Part shown: piece by piece, positions 37,043-44,676 of the stretch
Layout of the letters: every line of letters starts with the position of its first letter
Numbering within the stretch: the stretch's first letter is position 1
Source of the DNA: a virus
Lineage: Duplodnaviria; Caudoviricetes
DNA: 46,344 nt
Strand: one strand, 5' to 3'
Virus record (IMG/VR): IMGVR_UViG_3300005512_000066
Location: 1-46,344 of that record
Position numbers and translations under genes: made by a program
Notes under the pieces: model-generated
Database searches by the model: none
Told to the model about the DNA's origin: nothing
What the model saw: the letters and a program-made list of their open reading frames with translations, nothing else

Positions 37043-37407
37043 TTGATTGAATAAAAATTCATTTTGTTGACTTTATGTACCCTGGTATTGATAATCACAT
37101 TATCCATACTTCTTGCAATATTTAATATTTTTAACTCTAAGTCGCCATCTATTTTTTTATTTCTAAGCCTATTTTTTATAGTTCCTAATTTTTCAAACTT
37201 ATTATTGCAGCATCTCATAATTGTTTTTTTTATTAATTCATTTTCATTTATTTTTTTTTCTTCATAAAATTTGGATTTATCTACATCTAAATAATTTGAT
37301 ACAGTGTTAATAAAAAACTCTGTTTTATTTATATCTTCTTTCGCACAAAATATATTGATTTGCTTTTTTAAATCTTCCGGGATCACAAAGGTCATGCTTC
37401 TATTCAT
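37018..37407 (-). CDS. RHH (CopG/ParG-like) protein with primase-type C-terminal winged helix
   Basis: RSMTFVIPEDLKKQINIFCAKEDINKTEF; KLGTIKNRLR...HKVNK. Confidence 0.65.
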   Translation of the reverse strand: MNRSMTFVIPEDLKKQINIFCAKEDINKTEFFINTVSNYLDVDKSKFYEEKKINENELIKKTIMRCCNNKFEKLGTIKNRLRNKKIDGDLELKILNIARSMDNVIINTRVHKVNKMNFYSIKWNTKWKK

Positions 37408-37629
37408 TTCTTTCTCGCTTAATATTAAATTAATTAGAATAAATCATACATTTTAATTATTCTAATATCAATAGATAAGACAAATGTAGTTATTATAGAT
37501 TTTAACTATAAAAATAAAGCAAGTTTTGTAAGTGATTGATTTTACAATAGCATAGTTTAGCTTAGTAAATTTATTTTTTTTTGACTATTCTAAAGTGATT
37601 TAGAGATAAATTTTATAAATGATTGATTT

Positions 37630-37665
<36 letters not shown>

Positions 37666-37693
37666 ACATAACATAGTAGGTTAGAAGAATAGA

Positions 37694-37734
37694 TATACAT
37701 ATATTTTAAATATTTGATTTAAAATATATGTATA
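37694..37734. repeat. Perfect 18-bp inverted repeat with 5-nt loop
   Basis: TATACATATATTTTAAAT-ATTTG-ATTTAAAATATATGTATA. Confidence 0.9.
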
Positions 37735-37795
37735 GGGGACTCTATATTTAGTTATGCTTTTGATTTGTAAGGATTTTTTTGTATATGTTAAGCTG

Positions 37796-37840
37796 CTTAG
37801 CTATACTTAGCTATACTTAGCTATACTTAGCTATACTTAG
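37796..37840. repeat. 4.5 tandem copies of CTATACTTAG (iteron-like)
   Basis: Direct reading. Confidence 0.95.
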
Positions 37841-38269
37841 TATGCTAGATAGTGACTTGCAAACGTATTGCAAAATCACTATCTATCACGATATAACATA
37901 ATTAAATAAAAATCAATAAATTCTTTTATATTTACTGAAGTTTCTTAAAAATATAAAGCTTTCCTTTAAGCTACCATGCGCAGTAGCGTGGGGATAAATG
38001 ATTTTACGATTGACCTAATGAGGTCTTGGAAAAACAGTTTTGCAATGGGATTAAAATGTCATGTAGAATGGTCATAAATAAGAGTCTTTTAATGTTTATA
38101 ATCAATGGTTTGGTCGCTTTGATTATAACATAAAAAGAACTCTTATTCTCTTTTATCTTGTTGTTTTTAAAGAAAATATTGCACTTTTTAACTCAGAAAA
38201 GTGAATAAAATAAGAACTGAGAATAGTTTTATAAAACTAAAAATCTTGAATATTAGAGATTGCTAATAT

Positions 38270-38563
38270 TCAAGATTTTAATAATCTCCTAGCAGCCCTT
38301 GGCAGGGCTGTTTTACCGAACATGGTGCAGTAATATACCGAGCCATCTATAGCTTCATTAATCTGCGGCCGCCCGTCTTGTTCCCATTGAATTTCCCATA
38401 CGGGCTTTTTCTGAGCTTTGGCTGCTTCTTCTATCTGGGCCTTATATGCTGCGGCCTTTACGGCCTGTTCAGCTTCAAGTTGATACCTTCCAGTGACAGA
38501 TTTGTCCCTAAAGTAAACAACCCCATCACCAGCAACCCCTTTTTCTTCTCTTATGTCAGCCAT
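38270..38563 (-). CDS. Hypothetical early protein
   Basis: AGGGG RBS and a sigma70-like promoter upstream. Confidence 0.65.
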   Translation of the reverse strand: MADIREEKGVAGDGVVYFRDKSVTGRYQLEAEQAVKAAAYKAQIEEAAKAQKKPVWEIQWEQDGRPQINEAIDGSVYYCTMFGKTALPRAARRLLKS

Positions 38564-38596
38564 CTTATTTCCCCTGTGTTTATTTAATCAGTATGT

Positions 38597-38628
38597 TTAT
38601 AATAACATAGTGTTTATAATAATACAAC
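38597..38628 (-). promoter_or_regulatory. Sigma70-like promoter with repeated TATTATAAACA boxes
   Basis: TTGTAT-17 nt-TATTAT with TG extension. Confidence 0.55.
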
Positions 38629-38632
38629 TATT

Positions 38633-39049
38633 TTATTCATTATTTTTAAAATAAACTCCGAATGCTCCCATGGCTGCCTCCCATCCAAGAGCAACGCAGC
38701 AGAACGATCCCATTTTTTGAGCGGCTTCCAGGTATTCTATTTGTTCCTCTCCAATTCTGCATAAAGTATGATCCTGCCTTTTTAATTCACATAGAAACGT
38801 AGCTTTCCCAGGGATCACTATATCTGGAACTCCCTTTGTCAGTCCTTCAGCCTTGTGAAAAGATGCCTGTTTATAACTTCTTTTGGATTCGTTTCGCTGG
38901 TGAAAGGCTATTCTTCCATAGGTAGCAGGGAAAATAGATCTAATCATATTAAAAAAAGTCATCTGCTCTTGCGATTCAGTGGGGCAATTCTTATTCCTGT
39001 ATTTTGTATCTCCGTAAACTTTGATATTACTCAGCTTTTTTAAGTTCAT
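38633..39049 (-). CDS. VRR-NUC domain nuclease
   Basis: E..EQ..F...H.RNE...KAEGL.KGVPD...ELKR...EQ.EYL. Confidence 0.85.
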   Translation of the reverse strand: MNLKKLSNIKVYGDTKYRNKNCPTESQEQMTFFNMIRSIFPATYGRIAFHQRNESKRSYKQASFHKAEGLTKGVPDIVIPGKATFLCELKRQDHTLCRIGEEQIEYLEAAQKMGSFCCVALGWEAAMGAFGVYFKNNE

Positions 39050-40814
39050 CTTTCGGCCTGTTAAATCCATATATTTCAAAAAAACCAGATTGTTTTTTCT
39101 GGTATGTGACTGTATTAATATTGGTTAAATTTTCAGCAATATAATTTATATCATAGTCTTCAAATAGATCATGCCACTTCTGTTTATAAGAGGGCGTATG
39201 ATAGCTTTTAAACTTCCGGTATGGAGTTATCCATTCAATCATTAAGGTTTCATTGCCTTTCATGCTCAGTTTTTTAGATATAGTAAATTTTATTACTTCA
39301 TCAGTTTGTAAATTATAGGCGCCTGCTTTAAATTTAGTAAAGTCCAGTGTTAGTTTTTCATTCGGATCAATCATTTCATTGCCGCAATGGACACAATGCC
39401 TGGCTGTTATATCGTTTGGCATTTCGCACTCATGGCATTCCTTTGTATTCCATCGTTGCGGGCATTGCTTAAACTCTTTATTTACTTCTATATAATTTTG
39501 ACATCTTCTCCCGTGATGCACTGTTATTTTATCGCCGTTATCGTCTGTTATTTCATTGTCATTTAGATCAACCAGGTATCCGTATTCGTTATATTTTAAA
39601 TCATCTATATCTTTAACTGGCACAACATTATTTATTTGCTCACAAGTTTCGCACAGGATCTGGAATCGCTCGCCGCTGCCAGGTTGATGAACAGTTAAAT
39701 CGGGATTAAATATATCTCCATCGGGGCTGTGTCTTTTTATATTTTCTGCGTAATCCAATATTAAACAATCATCTTTACCATCGGAAAGTCTTAATCCCCT
39801 GCCTATGATCTGCTGGAACAACCCTGGGCTTTCAGTTGCTCTTAATACGGCAACAACATCAATATGAGGCGCATCAAATCCAGTCGTTAAAACTGCTACA
39901 TTAACAAGGTATTTAATCTCTTTTGCTTTAAATCTTTTTAATAATAACTCTCTGTCTGCTTTTTTTGTTTTCCCGGTCACTATAGCAGACAGTTGAGGCG
40001 GAAGACTCTCCATTGCTTCATTTGCGTGTTGGATTGTTGCACAAAATATAAGCACTCCATTTCTATTACAGGACCTATCTATAATATCCGATATTATTTG
40101 TGACGTTAATCTCCCCTGGCCTATAAATGCTTTGTCGATAGATTTTGAGTCGAACTTTCCCATACTATTTAATTTCAACTCGCTAGTATCATAATGATCT
40201 TTAACGTCCTCAACCGTTGGGGCGGTTAAATAGTTTTTATTAATTAACTCATCTGCCGTTATTCTATAAACTAATTTTTTAAAATAAGGATCGATAGAGT
40301 TTTCTGCAGTATTTAATTTGCCATCTGGCCATTCTAAAAACATATACCCTTTTTTAGTTCTGTATGGAGTTGCTGTCATTCCTATAACTCTTAGATTTTT
40401 ATTGTTATCTGCCAGGGTTGATACAATGGATTTAATTGTATTGCCCATATTATGACATTCGTCAATGATTACAGCAGAAACTTTACCAATGAATCTTTTA
40501 ATGTTATTGTTAAGAGTAACTGGAGTGGCAAATACAACAGGATAGCGCATACATTTTGATCCTGCCGATGCTGAATATATGCTTGCTTTCTCTCCAATAG
40601 CTATGTATTTCTGATAATTTTGCTCCACCAATTCTTTACTTGGGGCTAGGCAGATTATTTTTTTACTACTTCGATTAGCGATGAAATGAGACACATGAGC
40701 AATTATATGGCTCTTTCCCGCGCCAGTTGCCGCCTCAATCATAATCTTGTCAGTAGACTTTTTTATGCTGTTGATTATAGATTGATAGGCGGCTTGCTGG
40801 TAGTCTCTGAGCAT
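39027..40814 (-). CDS. SF2 DEAD/DEAH helicase with C-terminal zinc fingers (RadD/YejH-like)
   Basis: LRDYQ, AATGAGKS, IIDECH, MTATPYR, LTTGFDAP and QIIGRGLR. The likely start is MLRDYQ. Confidence 0.93.
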   Translation of the reverse strand: MLRDYQQAAYQSIINSIKKSTDKIMIEAATGAGKSHIIAHVSHFIANRSSKKIICLAPSKELVEQNYQKYIAIGEKASIYSASAGSKCMRYPVVFATPVTLNNNIKRFIGKVSAVIIDECHNMGNTIKSIVSTLADNNKNLRVIGMTATPYRTKKGYMFLEWPDGKLNTAENSIDPYFKKLVYRITADELINKNYLTAPTVEDVKDHYDTSELKLNSMGKFDSKSIDKAFIGQGRLTSQIISDIIDRSCNRNGVLIFCATIQHANEAMESLPPQLSAIVTGKTKKADRELLLKRFKAKEIKYLVNVAVLTTGFDAPHIDVVAVLRATESPGLFQQIIGRGLRLSDGKDDCLILDYAENIKRHSPDGDIFNPDLTVHQPGSGERFQILCETCEQINNVVPVKDIDDLKYNEYGYLVDLNDNEITDDNGDKITVHHGRRCQNYIEVNKEFKQCPQRWNTKECHECEMPNDITARHCVHCGNEMIDPNEKLTLDFTKFKAGAYNLQTDEVIKFTISKKLSMKGNETLMIEWITPYRKFKSYHTPSYKQKWHDLFEDYDINYIAENLTNINTVTYQKKQSGFFEIYGFNRPKDELKKAE

Positions 40815-40815
40815 T

Positions 40816-41745
40816 TTAAATCCTAATTCCGACAATAGCACCTTTGATATTGTCGCCTTCAAACGGACACGGAGCAGGAAATGTCGATAAATCTATGGAG
40901 TGGGCAACACTAGCTATATTGATTAAATAATCAGAATTAAAGCAGCACTCGGGAAGATTAACACCTTCTATTTTTGTTGATCCATCCCTTGTTTCTAAAT
41001 TATCGCCAATAACGACTGTTTTATCGTCTGAACACATAGAGTTAATTGTTTTAAGATCATCAATAAAACTTTCAATAACAGTTGGATTTTCAATATCACT
41101 TATAATTCTATCAACATCAGGATAAGGTGATGATATTTTTTTAGTGAACATCCTTCCTCCGTTAAAAATAAACTCCACTGAATTTTCAGCAACCGATAAT
41201 TTGCTACACTCTAATTTTGCAGAAGACAGTTTTATGATTGATTTAGTTGGGATATTTGAAGCATCCATAACTGGCAGTTCTATCGTTTTCTTAACAGCCA
41301 CATGGCCATTAGTCGCTACAATTGCATTATCATGGATTAAAACTCCTTGCATAAACAACCTAACATCATCCGGATCAGTAAATTTAGATAGATCTTTTAA
41401 ATCCTCAAGTATGTTAGCTTCATATTCTGAATATGCTTCCATCTGCTCAAAATATGGGTAGCTATCCAATGGCATTGTATCTATTTTAGATCTAATTCTG
41501 CCTGACTTAACTTCCAGTTTTCCATTTTTTAATGTCAGTTTCAATTTATCAGGATCGCACTTTGAAACGACCTGGTTTAATTTTGCAGCATTGCAGCAGA
41601 AGTTAAAATCTGAATCCACTTGTAAAGTGATCCCACATACCAGATCATGGCTTTGCATCAGCCCATCGTTAACATAGATATTACTGGCAGCGTTGTTTTT
41701 GTCTTTATGTGCAAATTTAGCAGCTAATTTAATTTGATTTATCAT
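40816..41745 (-). CDS. DNA polymerase III beta sliding clamp-like protein
   Basis: R.FMQGVL...IVATNGH, YPDVDRII, FNSDYL and IVGIR C-terminus. Confidence 0.75.
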   Translation of the reverse strand: MINQIKLAAKFAHKDKNNAASNIYVNDGLMQSHDLVCGITLQVDSDFNFCCNAAKLNQVVSKCDPDKLKLTLKNGKLEVKSGRIRSKIDTMPLDSYPYFEQMEAYSEYEANILEDLKDLSKFTDPDDVRLFMQGVLIHDNAIVATNGHVAVKKTIELPVMDASNIPTKSIIKLSSAKLECSKLSVAENSVEFIFNGGRMFTKKISSPYPDVDRIISDIENPTVIESFIDDLKTINSMCSDDKTVVIGDNLETRDGSTKIEGVNLPECCFNSDYLINIASVAHSIDLSTFPAPCPFEGDNIKGAIVGIRI

Positions 41746-41866
41746 TTTTCAGTCCTAGCGGTCTTTCCTAATCCTGTATCTGCAAATATGGCGGCTCTGC
41801 CTTTCCTGAAACGACATCATCAAATGATTTTTTATTTAGAAACTCTTGATAGTTTTTAAAGTCCAT
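41742..41866 (-). pseudogene. Relic of a phage SNF2-type helicase gene
   Basis: MDFKNYQEFLNKKSF in one frame, then KGRAAIFADTGLGKT in the -1 frame, then a stop. Confidence 0.65.
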
Positions 41867-41868
41867 AT

Positions 41869-42321
41869 TTATTCCCGTATTTTTTTTTGCTTTTGTTTTT
41901 CATTTATTAAAGATTGTCTTTTCATGACTATGCGCGCCGATTCCAATTCATTGTTTTTTGATTCATTAATCGGTTGATTTTTACTTAATTTCAAAGCACG
42001 CTTTAATTTTTTATCAGCGGAGTTCATGTAAGATTCTATATACTTGGCGTTTTCACTCGGCAATAAAATTTTGTAATCACCTTTATATTGAGTGAACGCT
42101 TTACCTTCATCGAGTAGGATATTTCTTACATAATCAGTAACAGAAAGCATCCGTAAGTCAATATCTTTAAACTCTTGATGCGTTCCAACTTCCGGATATT
42201 CCACTCCTATAACACCGTGGATTTCCAGAGCTGGAATTACAGATCCATAATCTGTCAGCCCTTTTGATCTGAGATAGGCTAGTAATTCCTTGCCTATCTG
42301 TGTTGATGATTTATTTTCCAT
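41869..42321 (-). CDS. Hypothetical protein downstream of the pentamer array (putative partner of the RAMP-like gene)
   Basis: 150 aa, AAGGTG RBS; YGSVIP...VRNILLDEGK....GDYKILLPSE followed by a helical C-terminus. Confidence 0.75.
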   Translation of the reverse strand: MENKSSTQIGKELLAYLRSKGLTDYGSVIPALEIHGVIGVEYPEVGTHQEFKDIDLRMLSVTDYVRNILLDEGKAFTQYKGDYKILLPSENAKYIESYMNSADKKLKRALKLSKNQPINESKNNELESARIVMKRQSLINEKQKQKKIRE

Positions 42322-42332
42322 TTTTTTATTTA

Positions 42333-42640
42333 CACCTTTTAAAATTGTTTATAAAAGTCGTTTCTTTGCTTTGATCTACTCTGCCTTGCATTGCCTTGCA
42401 TTGCCCTGCCTTGCTTTGCCTTGCTCTGAAGTTTAAAAAACTTCGCTTAACCAACTATTGCTAATTGGCTAAACGCTGTTCTTTGAAATGCCTTGCCATG
42501 CATTGCCTTGCGCTGCCTTGCCTTGCTCTGAAGTTTAAAAAACTTCGCTTAACCAACTATTGCTAATTGGCTAAACGCTGTTCTTTGAAATGCCTTGCCT
42601 TGCCTTGCCTTGCGCTGCCTTGCCTTGCCTTGCCTCCTGA
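42333..42640 (-). ncRNA. Structured repeat array: three (GCA-NN)n tracts separated by identical hairpin spacers
   Basis: Tracts at 42591-42633, 42489-42526 and 42362-42424. Identical 63-nt spacers at 42528-42590 and 42426-42488, each with a 14-bp stem and a GCAA tetraloop. Confidence 0.75.
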
Positions 42641-42646
42641 ACTTAA

Positions 42647-43237
42647 TCAGTCAAACTCTACTAATGCCCTGCCGAAAGTCGGCCTAAAATCGCCGAATCC
42701 GCCATATTTACATGCTCGTTCCAGCATTATTTTTAAATCTCTTCCCGTTGTTACACTTTCATCAAATTCAAGTGATGATTCAAAACTCCAGTCGTGAAAT
42801 ATCGGGAAATACTTAGCTAATCTAACCTGGCCTTGAGGCAAGATCATCTTATGCCTAAACTCACTGTTTTTAACAACGTCAATCGGTCCTCTTACCATTG
42901 ATTCGTTTTTGTAATTTAACTTTATCTTAGGTTCATTCATAAATAAGCATCCTCGCATTGCTGTCTTGCTTACTTTTGATACACTAAAACTAACCTTGTT
43001 AATTGCGGCCTGTACCCATGTCGATGGTATGTATATTCCTAGATCATCGTCCCAGTAAATTTTAGAACGAATTTCTAAATCTGCCAATTCTGCATGATCT
43101 TCATCAGTTTTACTTCTTTTTGAAGTGATTGGTTTTTTTAATTTAGTGTATTTATTTAATGGGTCGGCGCATTGTGGATTATTCAACAATAGCGGGGCAA
43201 ATCCTTTTATTTTAAATTGCATTTCTGATATAGCCAT
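42647..43237 (-). CDS. RAMP/Cas7-like protein (196 aa)
   Basis: N-terminal strand FKIKGFAPLLLNN, YIPSTWVQAAI, PIFHDWSFE and a C-terminal Gly-rich loop GGFGDFRPTFGR. AAGGA RBS precedes the ATG at 43237. Confidence 0.7.
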   Translation of the reverse strand: MAISEMQFKIKGFAPLLLNNPQCADPLNKYTKLKKPITSKRSKTDEDHAELADLEIRSKIYWDDDLGIYIPSTWVQAAINKVSFSVSKVSKTAMRGCLFMNEPKIKLNYKNESMVRGPIDVVKNSEFRHKMILPQGQVRLAKYFPIFHDWSFESSLEFDESVTTGRDLKIMLERACKYGGFGDFRPTFGRALVEFD

Positions 43238-43295
43238 TTCGTTTTCCTTTTTGTTTAATAAAATAACCTTAGTATTAAGGCTAAGTTTTTTACTA

Positions 43296-44123
43296 CTATG
43301 CGGACTTGATAGTCCATACTTCTGTATCCTTTTTTCTGTACGATTCTTCGTCAATATCGTATTCTTTAAATGCTGCCTTGTAGTCAACCGATCCTTTTCT
43401 TTTCGATTTCTTTAAAACAGCATTCCCAATAACGCCAGGTTCGTCTTTTAAATAATCTTTAAACTCATCCATTAAATCTTTTTTTTCTGCGGTCAAATCT
43501 TTTATTTGCTGATCAATTTTAAAATAGCGATTTGTTTTATCCGACCATTCTGATTTGCCTTTGATCTGGATCTCCCATATTTCATGCAGTTTTGGTAGAT
43601 TTTTATCGATCCAATCGCCATCAATATAAACAATTTCCAGTTTACCCTTACCATTGGCGTACTGATAAAAATACACGTGGTCAAAATCAGCACATAACAT
43701 TTCTATTTGCATCTGGGCGTAATAATGCGGTTGATCCCATGCTGATTTAAACTGCGGATCTTCTTCATCTCTTAAACCCCATGGGCATTTGATTTCACAT
43801 AAAGCAGACTGAAAACCGTCATCTGTTACCATAATGCCGTCAGGAGATGCGCCGAGCCAATTACTATACGGATAAAATCCGCACTCTTTAACGCTCATAC
43901 CAGTTTCAAGAGCAAGCATCTCTATTGCGTGCGGCTCCATCTCGATGCCGTAGCGGAAGATAGTATCTTTTAAAAACTTCTCAGGCTCAGTAGGATTTTT
44001 TAATTCCTTGATGGCTTTCACTTGTGACATATAAGGTGACAGTCCAAGCAACGCACCCGCAACACTTCCTGTTATCCTGCCTTCTCTTTGTTTATGCCAT
44101 TCTTTTGTTCTTTGTTTTATCAT
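43296..44123 (-). CDS. YqaJ/lambda-exonuclease family alkaline exonuclease
   Basis: QRTKEWH..R.GRITGS, LGASPDG, EIKCP and YYAQMQ. Confidence 0.92.
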   Translation of the reverse strand: MIKQRTKEWHKQREGRITGSVAGALLGLSPYMSQVKAIKELKNPTEPEKFLKDTIFRYGIEMEPHAIEMLALETGMSVKECGFYPYSNWLGASPDGIMVTDDGFQSALCEIKCPWGLRDEEDPQFKSAWDQPHYYAQMQIEMLCADFDHVYFYQYANGKGKLEIVYIDGDWIDKNLPKLHEIWEIQIKGKSEWSDKTNRYFKIDQQIKDLTAEKKDLMDEFKDYLKDEPGVIGNAVLKKSKRKGSVDYKAAFKEYDIDEESYRKKDTEVWTIKSA

Positions 44124-44134
44124 TGTCAGTCCTT

Positions 44135-44163
44135 GCAGGGCGAAATGCCCTGCTTTTATTTTT
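44135..44163 (+). terminator. GC-rich hairpin with T-tract on the + (antisense) strand
   Basis: GCAGGGC-GAAAT-GCCCTGC-TTTTATTTTT between the SSB and exonuclease genes. Confidence 0.55.
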
Positions 44164-44166
44164 CAA

Positions 44167-44676
44167 TTAAAATGGAATGTCATCAAAATCATCTTCTTCA
44201 CCATCTGGAGCATCTTCAATAACTTCAGGCTCAGGTTCAACAGGCTTATTTTTTTTCTTCCCGGCTGAAACAGCAGCAATCCAGTTGCCTTCTCTGCCTT
44301 CCATTTCCCATTTTTTAACCTTAATTACCATCATTGCTTTAGATAGACACTTAGCAAGATCAGAGTTATCGGGATTTTTATTTTTAGGCAGCTTCCCGCC
44401 AGCGTTAAAGTCAATCGCCATCAGCATATTTATTGCTCTTTTACGCCTATCAGGATCAGACTCATTAACTTTGAGTTTTTGAAAAACTACACGGCCTTTG
44501 ATATCGGCAGGTTTTAAAATGCTCCACTGGATATGAATATATTCCTCCCCTTCGTATTCTTTCCATGTGACGTCTTTAATATATGCCTGGGCAGTTGTAT
44601 TGTCCGGTATCGGGCTACTGCCATCGACTTCATAATTACCGCTGACGTTTTTGTCAGCTTCTTTCCATATGCTCAT
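44167..44676 (-). CDS. Single-stranded DNA-binding protein (DUF669-like)
   Basis: OB-like core with acidic tail ending DDFDDIPF; follows the Sak4-like gene. Confidence 0.85.
   Translation of the reverse strand: MSIWKEADKNVSGNYEVDGSSPIPDNTTAQAYIKDVTWKEYEGEEYIHIQWSILKPADIKGRVVFQKLKVNESDPDRRKRAINMLMAIDFNAGGKLPKNKNPDNSDLAKCLSKAMMVIKVKKWEMEGREGNWIAAVSAGKKKNKPVEPEPEVIEDAPDGEEDDFDDIPF

Noticed and set aside
42362-42633. Array as a canonical CRISPR
   Set aside because: There are only two long identical units, the would-be spacers are periodic pentamers rather than unique foreign sequence, and there is no cas1/cas2.
42362-42633. Array as a simple slippage microsatellite
   Set aside because: Variation is confined to two of five positions with phase preserved, tract lengths are similar, and the tracts alternate with structured spacers. 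This explanation is not fully excluded for the low-complexity tract 1.
42567-42797. + strand ORF with LPCLA repeats
   Set aside because: It is the antisense translation of the pentamer tract and the RAMP-like gene, with no RBS. The repeat is better explained as minus-strand RNA.
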